Of a stretch of 64,000 bases of DNA, positions 25,968-39,277 are shown one piece after another. The DNA is from Nemertoderma westbladi (lineage: Eukaryota; Animalia; Xenacoelomorpha): assembly GCA_032718475.1 (NCBI GenBank), contig JAUCBJ010005507.1, forward strand, positions 5,024 to 69,023, given 5' to 3'. The notes below the pieces were generated by a model that saw only the letters and a program-made list of their open reading frames with translations, did not search any database and was not told where the DNA came from. Every line of letters begins with the position of its first letter. Within the stretch, counting starts at the first letter, position 1. The translations under genes were made by a program, and so were the position numbers.

Positions 25968-26231
25968 TTTTTCAGGTCGGCGTAGCGAGACCTCTAGTAT
26001 TCACTCCGCTGTTGTTGGTGTTGTTGTTAATTTCCACTTTGGTTTTTGTATTAGGACTTGAAACGGCCCCATTGGCTCAGTTGGCAGAGCGTGGGACATG
26101 GAATCTCTAGGTACCGAGTTCAATCCCCTATTTCGGTGAATGTTTTTTTGTTGTAAGATTGGTATTAAGACTTTCAAGGAGACATTTCATGCGTTAGTAG
26201 ACCAGGACCTTTGCGCGATTTCGCGCTTGTT
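25968..26231 (+). mobile_element. Short non-autonomous Helentron/HINE-like element carrying a tRNA-like segment
   Basis: T-run start, aggtc...gacct short inverted repeat, gttgtt microsatellite, terminal gcgcga..tcgcgc hairpin then ttgtt. Confidence 0.4.
26066..26138 (+). pseudogene. tRNA-derived sequence (pseudo-tRNA, resembles tRNA-Phe scaffold)
   Basis: A box TGGCTCAGTTGG, D-stem GCTC/GAGC, B box GTTCAATCC, downstream T-run; acceptor and T stems pair poorly. Confidence 0.65.
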
Positions 26232-26930
26232 AATCACCATTCAAAGCAAAAGCAATTAAGCAAAACATTAACATTAATCATTGATTGATACATAATATAA
26301 ATAAACCTTGAGATAAAACAATCACCCTATACTGTAATTGGCAAAGAGTGGCGCAAAGTTGGCCACAAGTGAGAAAAGTGATCTCCAGCCCAAATTGACC
26401 GCAAGTGAAAGTTACTTTTTTCACTATTCTCGAGGTATTTTATCTTCCGAGCGCCAGCGAGGTTAAAAAAGGGTCGAGATAAGATTGAAAAAGTTTTTTT
26501 CCAATGTAAGACGTCATTTTATTATTAAATTGGTACTTTATTGTTGCTCAATTTTTTAATTAAACTTAGAGCGATATAGTCAGGGGCTACCCAAGGGGGG
26601 GGGGGGGGGGGGGGTAGTGGGGGTAATTACCCCCCCCCCCCCCCCCCCCCCCCCCCGTCAGAAAATTGGAATGTTACCAAAAAATTTGTGTAATCAAATA
26701 AGTGTAATATTCATATCTGTTATTAGATATTTATACCTAGGTGGTGTTCTCCCGTCTAAATTTATATTTTAAATTAAACCGGTGTAATTTTATATTTCTA
26801 ATTACAGATTTTCTTTTATTTCCAATACAAATATATATACAATTTTTTCAAACAATTATCTTCTTTTAAACAGGACATTGGATCAAAAAAAACTTATAGG
26901 GAAAAAACGTTCGCATCCACTGGTCAGATA

Positions 26931-27180
26931 GGGGGGGGGGGGGACTGGACGCAATAAAAAGTCATCCCTCTCCAGGGGAAATTGGACGCGAATAACAGAT
27001 GATAACTCTCAAAAATAAAACTGTAACCTGTTCTATTGTGTTTAGTTTATTGTTTTGGTTAAAATATCGTGCCAATGTAACCTGCTCCTTTCCCTATATT
27101 GAGAATTTAATATTGAGGCGGGATATTAATTCGCCAAGGTGGGTTTTGCGTCCAGACCCCCCCCCCCCCCCCCCCCCCCC
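26931..27180 (+). mobile_element. MITE family copy with G-tract TIRs (Gn-actggacgc ... gcgtccaga-Cn)
   Basis: Inverted ends; homologous copies at 32113-32347 (-), ~55875-56080 (+); fragments at ~20076-20260, ~20714-20835, ~57290-57402. Confidence 0.75.
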
Positions 27181-28975
27181 TATTTTGTATAGTATTACAA
27201 AATAAATTGAACCGTAGTATTTTATTATATTGCTCCCATAGTTACTGCTTTTCATATTATTATCAACCTCAATCTCTAAAGCTATCTTGGCACTCAATGT
27301 TAAATAATTTAATGTTCTCGAATATTTATTACGTAACTAGAGAGCCGCTTAACTACATAAACCAATATTGGATATTGAGTTCCTTTTTGGAGTTCGCCTT
27401 GCAGAAACTAAAGTTGCACTAACTTTTCAGTGTATGAATGGATTTTCTTCAATTACTTGCAAACCTTTTCTAATTTGATGCTCTTTCAATACATCTAATA
27501 AATAATAAAATTTAAGAAATACCACCAAATATATTTTAATTTACTTTTTACGCCGGGAAAAAAGTAGAATTAATGCAATCCTGTACTTTTTCCCCTAGGG
27601 AAAAAAGTAATCAATTTTATCCTAATTTTGGGGTGAATTCGAGCAAAAAAGTAACAATTTAAGAATAAAATTATTGTAAACAATCTCGACCGTGACCAAT
27701 TATTCGTTTTATATGCTTTCTCACCATTACAGTATAGAATTTGGAATTACCTATATACTAACTGTAGTTAGAGATCTTTTACGCCGTATTGTTGTGACAA
27801 AGTGTCCTCTTATTTATTTAATGACGTCATTTCTCGACCGATGATAAAAAAAAATATTCACAAATTTATTAAAATGCAACTAATCTGCATAATTACTAAC
27901 TAGTAATAATTAGGAGAAAATACAGTATACTTTACACGTTTATTCGGAATGTTTGTTAATACTGAAACTATCCGAAGTTATACTGTACTACTGTGCGACA
28001 GCAGTTTACTACTGTTACCACTGTTTACTACTGGTTTCTAAAGGTGATCCTGCACTGTATGTTGGTAAAATAAAAAGTATAAATTATTGTTACTACTTTA
28101 TTATTGCCACTACTTTATTGCTACTACTTTATTGCTACTCCTTTATTACACTACCGGTAACTATAGTATGGAAATTAAAATAACGCCATATGGACACACC
28201 GGTTTCATTTACTTAGCTCAAACCCTAAAACTTCACTTATAATTGTCTCACCAGCACGGACCAATTAGCATTTAAACCACAAGAGTCAGAATATAGACTT
28301 AACAGATTATGTACCCCACTCTGTCTGCCATAGACCATCTTTCACAGTTGGACTGTCTCCCTCGCCTGTTATTGGCTAATATATTATGTACCATTGTAAT
28401 GTACACAGCACCGTTGTGCAGGTAACAAGAAGTGAGCTTACCGAATCCCTGATGACATTACTTACTATCAGCTGACACATCCACTGACAGTAACTTAATT
28501 TGAGATTCTACAGTTAGTAAACCCGATGGAATCCCATACCGATCATGTGAACAACAGATATACACACAATGTAATTTAGTGGGAAAAATTTAGCGTAAAA
28601 AAGCCATAGATTTGCTGCACGACAGAAGCATTTGCCGTGGATTCGTCGCCTCGGGAGAATGTCAACGCAAATAACATCAGATTACTCCCAAAAATATAAC
28701 TGTAACTTGTTCTATTTAGTATCCTCGTAGGTATGAGGTTGCGAGAGAGTATGAGAGATAGTATGCCCCGTTGTTTGTGGGTGGATATGGTCTCGGATAT
28801 ACTGTAAAGCAAACAGAACCGTAGTTGTAGGACAATGAGCGATTGGTTGTTTTAGTAACATCCTGTTTGCATAGTGTCTTGTTTGCGTAACATGTAACTA
28901 ACTTCCTGTTTCTGTATAATCTGTCGATTCGTTCACTGTATCACATAGCTGTACCAAGAAATTTGTTTATGTATT

Positions 28976-29918
28976 ATGGTGATGAATTTCCCGGTGAATA
29001 CGATTCGGCTGGGCGAGCAACCGGGGACAGCACCACAGGTGGTGTTTGGGGAGACGATGCCGAGGGAGGAAGAGGACATCGACATGGATAGGGACGATAA
29101 GGTGGAGATGTTTACGTATCAGCAGCTCCACAGACCCAGGTGGTTGCGTGGAGCCAAGGACGAGTTCAGGAGGCAGACAGTGGTGATAGGCGGCTGCGAC
29201 TACTGTGGGTGGTTAACCCACCAGCAGAAGAACTGTCTGTATCGCTACGAGAAAGGGGCGACATGTCTGTACCGCCACGACTCCACCCATAGGATGGGCG
29301 CATGCCCGAAGCTACACCATAGATGTAGTAAGTGCAGATTTAGGGGGTACTTCGAGCGTCAATGCGACTGGATGAACAACGAGGATAAGTTTCGCATTTA
29401 CGACGATTGGGCCGGCGTCGGTGTCATGACCAGACAGAAATTGAAGGCCCAGGAGTTCCGGTGGGGGTTCTTTAACATTAACCAAGAGGGCCCACCAAGA
29501 GATCGGTAGGAGGAGACTACCATTCACCTACCAGGAGGTAGCGACGGCAGCATCACATGGAGGGGTTATTAACACCCAAAGGTACCAAAGGTACCTCGAC
29601 AGGTGGTCGCCGGAGAATAGGATGGAGTTTAGGAGCTTTCTGGCAGAACATATACCATGTGCCATGAAGATCATCATGTGGGACGCCACCAGAGGAAAGC
29701 AGGAGGGACACTCAGTGGGACCACCAGCAAAACGATGCTGCAAAATGATAACGGCCGCACCCAAGGATCCAACTACGGGGGTTGGTAGAGCTGTATCAGC
29801 GTGGATGAGTGCCCTAAAGAACAAACAAAATGAGAAGAAACGCCCGAGACAGGACGACGACAGGGGCAAGGAGATGAGATGGTTTCCAGAGGAAATGGCA
29901 GGGAAACTATCGGATTGA
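28976..29918 (+). pseudogene. Frameshifted Cys/His zinc-knuckle ORF, probably retroelement-derived
   Basis: CDYCGWLTHQQKNC (CCHC-type), CPKLHHRCSKCRFRGY; reading continues in another frame after ~29490 (LPFTYQEV...MEFRSFLAEH); no splice context. Confidence 0.5.
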
Positions 29919-31559
29919 TGACGGACTGTATTGATATGCCTAGAAGGCACCTTGAGGATTCAAACTAACATATACTCAAGGTTCACACCTTTTATATACC
30001 GGTAAGTATAAAATTAATGCATACCATACATGTGTAGTGTAATCAATCGAAAGTGCAATATGTAGATCTATAATAAATACAATATACGTACTATAGTCAT
30101 ATATAACCTTTTCCAATTAGCTACTGGGACTGGGAACTAATTGACTGGAACATGAGGACGAAACAAGGGACTCACTTATTATATACAACGTATACGTATA
30201 TGAGACTGTAGGGACCCAACAGAACTATAGAGAGTGAGAGTAAAAGAGTAGGAGTAGGAGAGGGGTATGATGAAGAGGTGTGAGAGTTTGAGGAAAGGTG
30301 AAGGGCGCGAGATTCAAGTGTGGGGAGAGAGCTGAGTGGAGGATGAGTCCTATGGAACTAACGAGGTGAGGAAGTAGTGGAGAGATCGGATAATAATATC
30401 CGAACGAAATTGAGTGAGGAGGAGAGGCGATCGTCTAAATAGAGACGCAAGATGCCTTGGTACAAATTAGCTCGTAGATGTACCAAGGATGGGTAGTGAG
30501 AACAGACCCAGAAGGGCCGGTCTGGAAAACTGGCCTCAAGAAAAAAAATACCACCCAACATCCAATATTAGATTGGATTCCAGTGGAATTGGAGCGCACT
30601 TGAGGTTGATGCTATCTTCTCACCGGGAAGATAGCATGGGGGGAGTTTTAGCGGATCCAATGTGTGTAACCTCCCATGTAATGTCCATATAACTGTTACT
30701 CAGTGTTAATTATGATTGAGTTGGCTACTAGTCAGTATAGAAGTTATACGGTTTAAACCGTCATCGTTACTGCTATTAATGTACACTCAGATCTTTAATC
30801 TTTATTATACCAGCCTTCGGCCTTTCAGCCCCAAGCCTTAGTGACAACCACAACAGCGGACGCGGCGACGCGTATTACCCACAAAACACACACCGGTCAG
30901 GATCCCTCGCCAACTCGGATCCCGTCACATGGGCAGATTTCCCCTATATTATTATATTTTACCAAATTTCAGGAGAATTGTTCAACCTCAATAAGTTGTC
31001 GAGGACGTATATGCCAAGTTTCAGTCTGAATGGATCATAAATAACGAAATGGGGGGTTTTACTTTCAGACATTTCCCTCTCTAGCGGCAGACCGGGAAAC
31101 TGCAGACGGATTACACAAATAAAAAAAGTTAACGCTCTCCTCATATCTGCCATGTTTCAGCTTGAATGGAATAAAACAAAGGAATGGCGTGAGGTGTTTA
31201 ATGTTTACTATGTAACCCTCTACTGGGAGTTTGTTCAACTGATGGATCTAAAAGTCTGTTACAAATCCCAACTTTTGGTCTTATTGATGCCTAACAATTT
31301 TCAACTCGATAACCTTAAATGTGTCGAAAGTTAATAGCATGTCAAAATCTAACGATTACAACAACTATGATTTTTTGTTCAAAATAGTTAATATTGCAAT
31401 TTTTGAAACCCCAACCCTCCTAACAGGTCATATCATGTTTTTAACTTCTCCATATTAAGTGTTTTGAAGCCCTTATTTATGTCTCTCTTATAACTTCTAC
31501 AGATATACTAATTCGTTTATTGTTTTTGTTATATTCAGCCCTTCTGTAACCTGAGTTTT

Positions 31560-32000
31560 TACCTTCGAGTAGCGCCCACCCCTACCCCCGGGTATCAGAT
31601 AGGAGTAGCGCACAGCCCTACCTTATGGTAGCAGATAGGAGTAGCGCCCACCCCTACCTTCGGGTAGCAGATAGGAGTAGCGCCCACCCCTACCTTCGGG
31701 TAGCAGATAGTAGTAGCGCCCACCCCTACCCTCGGGTAGCAGATAGGAGTAGCGCCCACCCCCTACCATAGGGTAGTAGATAGGAGTAGCGCCCACCCCT
31801 ACCTTAGGGCAGTAGATAGGAGTAGCGGCCACCCCTACCTTATGGTAGCAGATAGGAGTAGTAGCGCCCACCCCTACCTTATGGTAGCAGATAGGAGTAG
31901 CGCCCACACATACCTTCGGGTAGCAGATAGGAATAGCGCCCACCCCTACCTTCGGGTAGCAGATTGGAGTAGCGCACATCCCTACATTCTCGGGTAGCAG
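31560..32000. repeat. 36-bp minisatellite (~12 copies) gggtagcagataggagtagcgcccacccctaccttc
   Basis: Direct inspection. Confidence 0.9.
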
Positions 32001-32112
32001 CTATCATGCTATCAATAAGACTTGCTTTCTGGATACTTCGAAAGGGCCATCCAAATAACATTAGTTTAATGACAGGCTTTATATCAGGATTTATTGGTCT
32101 CAGAAAAAGAAA

Positions 32113-32347
32113 CGGGGAGGGGAAACTGGACGCAAATCCTATATTGGCGAATTAATATCTCGCCTCAATGTTAAATTCTCAATTTAGGGAAAGGAGCAGG
32201 TTACAGTGGCACGTTAAATTTAACCAAAACAATAAACTAAATACAATAGAACAGGTTACAGTTTTATTTTTGAGAGTAATCAGCTGTTATTTGCGTCGAA
32301 TTTCCCTTGGAGAGGGATGAATTTTTATTGCGTCCAGTTTCCCCCGT
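32113..32347 (-). mobile_element. MITE copy (same family as 26931-27180)
   Basis: ggggaaactggacgc ... gcgtccagtttcccccg TIRs; internal identity with the other copy. Confidence 0.75.
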
Positions 32348-32592
32348 ATCTGCAGAAAAAGAAGTTCTGTGGGGAAATATTGGCGAGTACCAAAATATCT
32401 CACAGGCACAGTAAGTACAGTAGAAGTAGTCAACTGTGGATTAATTAAACTTTAAATTAAATAAAAATTAAACAGCCAAGAGAGAGGATCCTTCGGGTTG
32501 TCTCCAGTGTTTCGTGTTTCCCAATGTCATCAATCACTTTACTTAATTAAACTGAAGGTCTGGTTAGTATTTATTTTAAAGTGTTGACTTAC

Positions 32593-34566
32593 CTGAGCTG
32601 TTCTAACAAGGTTTTCCACTTGTGAAACAATTTCTTCAACAGGTGAAACAACGTCATCAGATGGTGAAACAATGACCTCAGATGGTGAAACAATGTCTTC
32701 AACTGGTGAAGCAACGTCATCAGCTGTTGAAACAATCTCCCGAACTGATGAAACAACGTCCTCTACTGGTGAGACAACGTTATCAGCTGGTGAGACAACG
32801 TTATCAGCTGGTGAGACAACGTTATCAGCTGGTGAGACAACGGTATCAGCTGGTGAAACAATGTCTTCTACTGGTGAGACAACGTTATCAGCTGGTGAGA
32901 CAACGTTATCAGCTGGTGAGACAACGTTATTAGCTGGTGAGACAACGCTATCAGCTGGAGAGACAAAGTAATCAGCTGGTGAAGGAACATCCTCTGCTGG
33001 TGAGACAATTTCTTCAGCTGGTGAGACAATTTCTTCAGCTGGTGAGACAATGTCTTCAACTGGTGAAGCGACATCATCAGCTGATGAAACAATCTCCCGA
33101 ACTGATGAAACAACGTCCTCTACTGGTGAGACAACGTTATCAGCTGGTGAGTCAACGTTATCAGCTGGTGAGACAACGTTATCAGCTGGTGAAGCAACAT
33201 CCTCAGCTGGTGAGACAATTTCTTCAGCTGGTGAGACAATTTCTTCAGCTGGTGAGATAATGTCTTCAACTGGTGAAGCGACATCATCAGCTGATGAAAC
33301 AATCTCCCGAACTGATGAAACAACGTCCTCTACTGGTGAGACAACGTTATCTACTGGTGAGACAACGTTATCTACTGGTGAGACAACGTTCTTAGCTGAT
33401 GAAACAATTTCTTCAATTGGTGAAACAATCTCCCGAACTGATGAAACACCGTCCTCTACAGGTGAAACAACGTCCTCTACTGGTGAGACAACGTTATCTA
33501 CTGGTGAGACAACGTTCTTAGCTGATGAAACAATTTCTTCAATTGGTGAAACAATCTCCCGAACTGATGAAACAACGTCCTCTACTGGTGAGACAACGTT
33601 ATCAGCTGGTGAAACAACGTTATCAGCTGGTGAAGCAACATCCTCAGCTGGTGAGACAATTTCTTCAGCTGGTGAGACAATTTCTTCAGCTGGTGAGATA
33701 ATGTCTTCAACTGGTGAAGCGACATCATCAGCTGATGAAACAATCGCCCGAACTGATGAAACAACGTCCTCTACTGGTGAGACAACGTTATCAGCTGGTG
33801 AGACAACGTCATCAGCTGGTGAAGCAACATCCTCAGCTGGTGAAACAATCGCCCGAACTGATGAAACAACGTCCTCTACTGGTGAGACAACGTTATCAGC
33901 TGGTGAGACAACGTTATCAGCTGGTGAAACAATGTCTTCAACTGGTGAAGAAACATCATCAGCTGGTGACACAATTTCCCGAACTGATGAAACAACGTCC
34001 TCTACTGGTGAGACCACGTTATCAGCTGGTGAAACAATGTCTTCAACTGGTGAAGAAACATCATCAGCTGGTGACACAATTTCCCGAACTGATGAAACAA
34101 CGTCCTCTACTGGTGAGACAGCGTTATTAGCTGATGAAAAAATGTCTTCAATTGGTAAAACAATCTCCCGAACTGATGAAACACCGTCCTCTACAGGTGA
34201 AACAACGTCCTCTACTGGTGAGACAACGTTATCAGCTGGTGAAACAATGTCCTCAGATGGTGAAACAACGTCATCGGCTGATGAAACAATGTCCTCAGGT
34301 GGTGAGACAATGTCTTCAACTGGTGAATCAATGTCTTCTACTTGTGGACCAATGTCCTCAGTTGGTGAAACAATGTCCTTTACTGGTGGAACAATGTCCC
34401 CAGTTGTCGAAACAGAGTCCTCGGTTGGTGTAACGATATCAACCATACACCAGTCAGAGACTGACTGTTCCAAATGCAACAAATCTTTTCTCTTAATAAT
34501 ATCGTTTTCCTCGATATCACCATTCTGCTGATCCATATTAATGAAGGCGTTGTCTACATTAGCCAT
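32593..34566 (-). CDS. Probable first coding exon (658 aa) of large minus-strand gene; acidic 7-aa repeats (e.g. VSPADNV / VSPAEEI)
   Basis: aaaATGG start, non-repetitive N-terminus, 21-bp in-frame repeat with no frameshifts, perfect donor CAG|GTAAGT at 32592 (phase 0, fits exon 16065). Confidence 0.75.
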
Positions 34567-35185
34567 TTTGTTAAGCGATAATATTTATAAGAATTAACTG
34601 TATAAACTATATGCTACAGCAAAATCTTTAAGTCGTCGTACCGGTATACTTTATAAATTATTCATCTGAGGAATACCGACGCAAATCCCTGCAAATTCCG
34701 AGAAAAATGAGCCCCTTTCATTGTTATTGCATTATTATTCGCAATACATCCTGCAAACAAGATATTTTATTATAAAATGAATATATTATTCATTATTTCT
34801 ATCCGCTCTTTAAGTGTAGAAGTTTCAGTCGTCCGGGTTCAATATTGCTCTTTATATTACGGCGTTAGAAAAAGTGCCCCATATAAATGCATTTGAATTG
34901 AATTACTTCTCCCCGGAAAAAATGACAAACACTGTACGTGTATACCAACACTAAGCAGTAAGCAGTACAATCCTTTTAAAAGAAAGGATTCAGCCGCCAA
35001 AAAAAATAATTCAACCGCCGTCTCTATCACACTACCGGTATAGGCGCCACTTTTTATATGGAAAGTATTCATTCAGCGTTATTTTACTTGTCTGTCTTGG
35101 GTAACTTAATGACTTGTTTTTTGGGATGTTTTGTAGGTACTGACTGGGATATTGGTTTGTATTTTAGGTTCGGGTTTGTTGGAAA

Positions 35186-35745
35186 GGCACAAACCATAAT
35201 TAAAGCAGTAATTTAACACTAGCAGTCATGTGGCTCTAATCTAAGGAATTTGGCCCATGTGAAGAATACCAGACTTTCTGGCCCATGTGAAGAATACCAG
35301 ACTTTCTGGCCCATGTGAAGAATACCAGACTTTCAGGCCCATGTGAAGAATACCAGACTTTCTGCCGTTATATTTCACTTTGCAGTTACCCACATGTGAA
35401 GAATACCAGGTTTTCTCCAAAAACACAGGTTACAGGAGGGCTGAACCTAACCAAAACAATAAACGAATTAGTATATGTACAGGTTATAAGACAGAAATAA
35501 GCGCTATAAAATACTTAATAACGATATATTTAAAAAAATAAAAAATCTTCATATATAAAATTCCAATAAAAAGTCGACCGAAAAGTGAAATCCTGGTATT
35601 CTTCACAAAGGGCGGAAATCCTGGTATTCTTCACATGGGCGAGGAATTTTGTGGAATTTCGGACTTTTTACCATCGGCCCGAAGGGCCAATAGTAATTTC
35701 TTCCAAAACATTTCTTAGATTACTGCTTTAATTAGGGTTTGGGCC
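35186..35745. mobile_element. MITE with ~31-bp TIRs and inverted 28-bp subterminal repeats
   Basis: ggcacaaaccataattaaagcagtaat / attactgctttaattagggtttgggcc; gcccatgtgaagaataccag repeats mirrored on right; no clear TSD. Confidence 0.7.
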
Positions 35746-36605
35746 GCCTTGTAACCTGCGTGGCCCAGGAGAACCATGAAAAAGTGGCGCCTCTAGTGTG
35801 ATATCCCCCACCGCCACATATATAATAAATAAACAGTGCAATAATTCCCCGAGATTGGAGTTGCGTCAATAGCCCCCCTGTCCCCAGAGAGTCCGAAGTC
35901 GGGATGAAAAATACCCCCTCGCCCCTTCATATCCCCAATTACATAACAGTTGTCAAGTATCGTCACTGTATTTAAAACAATTTAATATATAAAATAAATG
36001 AAAATAAATAAACCAAAATAAAAGTAAATTATAAAGCAGCTGCATTAGGTTATTCTGACGTAGATACGGAACAGTAGCGAAATCCCATGGTATCATTGCA
36101 TTGGATTTGTCTGGAAGGCAGGCTGCTATGACGGACAGCAACCAATGACAAGTCGTTACCAACCAATAAACAATTGCGGGGGATATGATAGGACAGGTAG
36201 CTAAACGTTGATCCACCTTGAAGCTTTTATTACTAATACACTTTTCCTGGACGGCAAACATTATTGGCCAACCTTCTTCGGTTGGTTTGATGAGTCCCAT
36301 ATTACTCACCTCAATCCATGTTACTCAACAATCACATAACAGTTTGTTGGTACAGGTTGCCAACAGTTGAATAATGTGTGGCTAACGGAGGAATAAAATC
36401 CGTAAGAATAAAATAAGTCCACGCACACGCACAGTTCATAAGTAAAGAAAAGAAACGGGAGAAATGGGCCAGTATTATTATTTTATTTCAGCTAAAAATG
36501 CCATATCTAAAAAATTAAACAAATAGAGTAACTAATTAAAAGCACAAAAAAAAGGTATAAATGTGATTGAATTGAATTTAAATAAAATTATTTAAAATAA
36601 AGAGC

Positions 36606-36844
36606 ATGACGTAAAATAATTAAAAATGTGCCTCAAGTCACTTCTGTTTTCGGTATTAAATTTAACATGCAACTGTGAACTATGAAAAAGTAAAGTAAAA
36701 AAACAAAACATAATTTTCATCATTATTCACTTCTATGGGAAAGTTGTGAATTTGAAGTGAAGTTGACAGTAATTTAATTTACTTCAGATTTTAATACCGA
36801 AAACAGAAGTGACTTGAGGCTCATATTTAATTATTTTACGTCAT
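36606..36844. mobile_element. Small palindromic MITE-like element (~55-bp inverted repeats)
   Basis: atgacgtaaaataattaaa..gcctcaagtcacttctgttttcggtattaaa mirrored at ~36790-36844. Confidence 0.7.
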
Positions 36845-38212
36845 TTAAAATAAATAATCATTATTATCAATTAACCATTTGCAACCCCATATAAATCACC
36901 AAACAGTCAATGTTTTTAGAGACTCCTCCATGTTTGCTGATGATGGTATACCAGAAACCTATTTTATTATATTATCGTAAAAATGGGAGGTAGGGCTAGT
37001 TATTTCGAATTTACTTTTGCATGGATTTACTTTAAATTCCTAACCATGCTGTGGTAACATCGCCTGAAATAATGTAATAGCTAATTATTGGACCTACCAT
37101 GTAAACTGATGTGTTTGTTAGGTAATTATTGGGTCTGTGTATGTGGGGCGAGTCAAAACTGCGAGCCGTCAGTGAAATGTTATAATTATTCTATGGCCGT
37201 TGTCTAAAAGTCTCTGGGTGTGTGTGTATGTGTGTGTGTGTGTGTTTCGGAAGCTATAATTGTCGGAAGCCAAGATATAACTAGCCATAGTATAATTATA
37301 ATTGTTCGCTAAGATGGCTTACAGCTTTTGCTGCACGAAGGCCCCACTCGTGTCAGTATGTATGTGGGGCGATCCACGAAAGTAAGCGAGCTTAGCATAC
37401 GTGTACCACTAACTCAATCGGTGTGTCGTTGTTCTGTCGTGTTAAATTTTAAACGTTAATAACTCAGCCAAATGTTAATGAGATCTCTCCAAACTTGGTA
37501 CACATGTAGTCTGGCAAAAGTTTAGATATTTTCCTAGTTGAATTTACGTGTCGCCTTCGAGAACGAGAAGCTAAGATAATAGCAGTTAATTAGTTAATAA
37601 AGTTGATTAGGGTAAAAACAGCATTTTCAACCAGCCTCCTTAAAGGATATAAATTATTTTCTGGAATAAGATTAAAATAATTATACTTTAAAATTATACA
37701 GATTTATTCCCCATACCCCATTCCATTATAGTTTTTAATTAGTTCAAGAGATTTGCTTTAAGAAATGTGTTTTTAATTGATCTAAACGTAATTAACTTAT
37801 TAAAATGCCCCATCTCCAGCTATAGTTCCCTCCTTCGTTGGTATGCTTGCAATAGCAAGCATGCCTAGCCTAGCTTGGAAGGGGAACCAGTCCAACCACA
37901 CCTCACTTCTACTCAAAGGCAGCATTGTAATGAGCCAGACTAATAAGCCAGCTTGTTTATTGTGTTTAGCTTACAAAATGATTGGCCGAGTACTTAATTA
38001 ATCATAATAATTAGCATAAAATCAATCAATCAGAATAATTAGCTAAATATTTTCATTGAGGTGTTGACATGATAAATTAATATCTCAGTATCAATACTAT
38101 CGGCATAATGTAAGTTTTATATTTCTTACAAATTGGGTCGCCTCGCATATATTACTTTATGAGTTTAACATATTTCCAATAACATGAGTTTATTGATTTC
38201 TTTGTTGGTTAA

Positions 38213-39277
38213 GGGGATCAGTACACAGGCATTTAAATTTTTTTTTTATTTATTTTTCTGTTTCATTTAGAGCAGATTTTTATGAAGATTCCAAATTTGA
38301 AAACCGTTTAGCAAGATCTGTCTTACTTCTCGAGATATGGCTGTCTGTCCGATTGACTGTCGGTTTGTCCGTCAGTATGTCTGTCCGTCAATAAAAAGCA
38401 AATAATCTGTCTAAAAAATTCCCTATACGGGTTTTCGTGGTCGGTGACTTAATTTCTGATGTCAATATTCAAATTTGGCCTCGTCGTTTCTGACTGTATG
38501 TCTGTCAGTATGTCCGTCAAAATGTAACCGACAGACTGACTGCCAAACAGACAATTTGGAAGTCACCAAATGTTAATCTGACACTCGAAATGAATTCTGT
38601 GACCAAGAAAACCCATCTAGCTAAACTTTTAACTAGATTGTATGCCATTTTCTTATATTTGACGGACAGATTGTTGGATAGTCAGAAAGACCGACAGACA
38701 GACATACAGACAAACAAGATTTTATTAAAAGTGAAAACTGACATCAGAAATGAAATCAGCGACCAGTAAAACCCCATACCAAAAATATTAGCATGGTTTT
38801 GTGCTTTCTTTTTGCTAGGTATATATTGACAGACATTATTTCATAATAACAGACAGTTTTTGCGCGGGAAGGTACAAATTTTAACTGGATTTTTCTCAAA
38901 GTGTGTTTTTCAAATTTTTTCGGTACATTTTTCTAATCTGCTATTTGAGTTATAAACTTGTAAATTTCACATTAGTATCTTTTTTTACCGTAGAATAACG
39001 TGAACCAATTATTTTTTTAATATAATGTACGCATAAACACCGAATTGTAATTTTAATGTTTGTGACACTAATTATTTGGCTATTTTTTTTTTCAATTAGG
39101 TCCATTTTTCAAAAAATAAGCTAAATATATGAAAAAAAACTTGAAATAAAAAAAAATTGGTTCACCAGAAAGCCCATTAAATTCTGGCTGGAATGTATAA
39201 AGTAATCCGATGCGCTCTAAAATGGTACCGAGACTAAATAGTAGTTTGTATGAAAAAAATGTACTTTACTGATCCCC
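38213..39277. mobile_element. Non-autonomous TTAA-specific DNA transposon (Kolobok-like)
   Basis: TIR GGGGATCAGTA / TACTGATCCCC flanked by TTAA on both sides (38209-38212, 39278-39281). Confidence 0.75.

Noticed and set aside
26066-26138. Functional tRNA gene
   Set aside because: Acceptor and T stems do not pair; treated as tRNA-derived.
33050-34531. 493-aa Ser/Thr mucin-like ORF on plus strand
   Set aside because: Antisense shadow of the 21-bp coding repeat; the minus strand has the start context, unique N-terminus and donor.
35953-36309. 118-aa ORF
   Set aside because: No recognisable motif or splice support.
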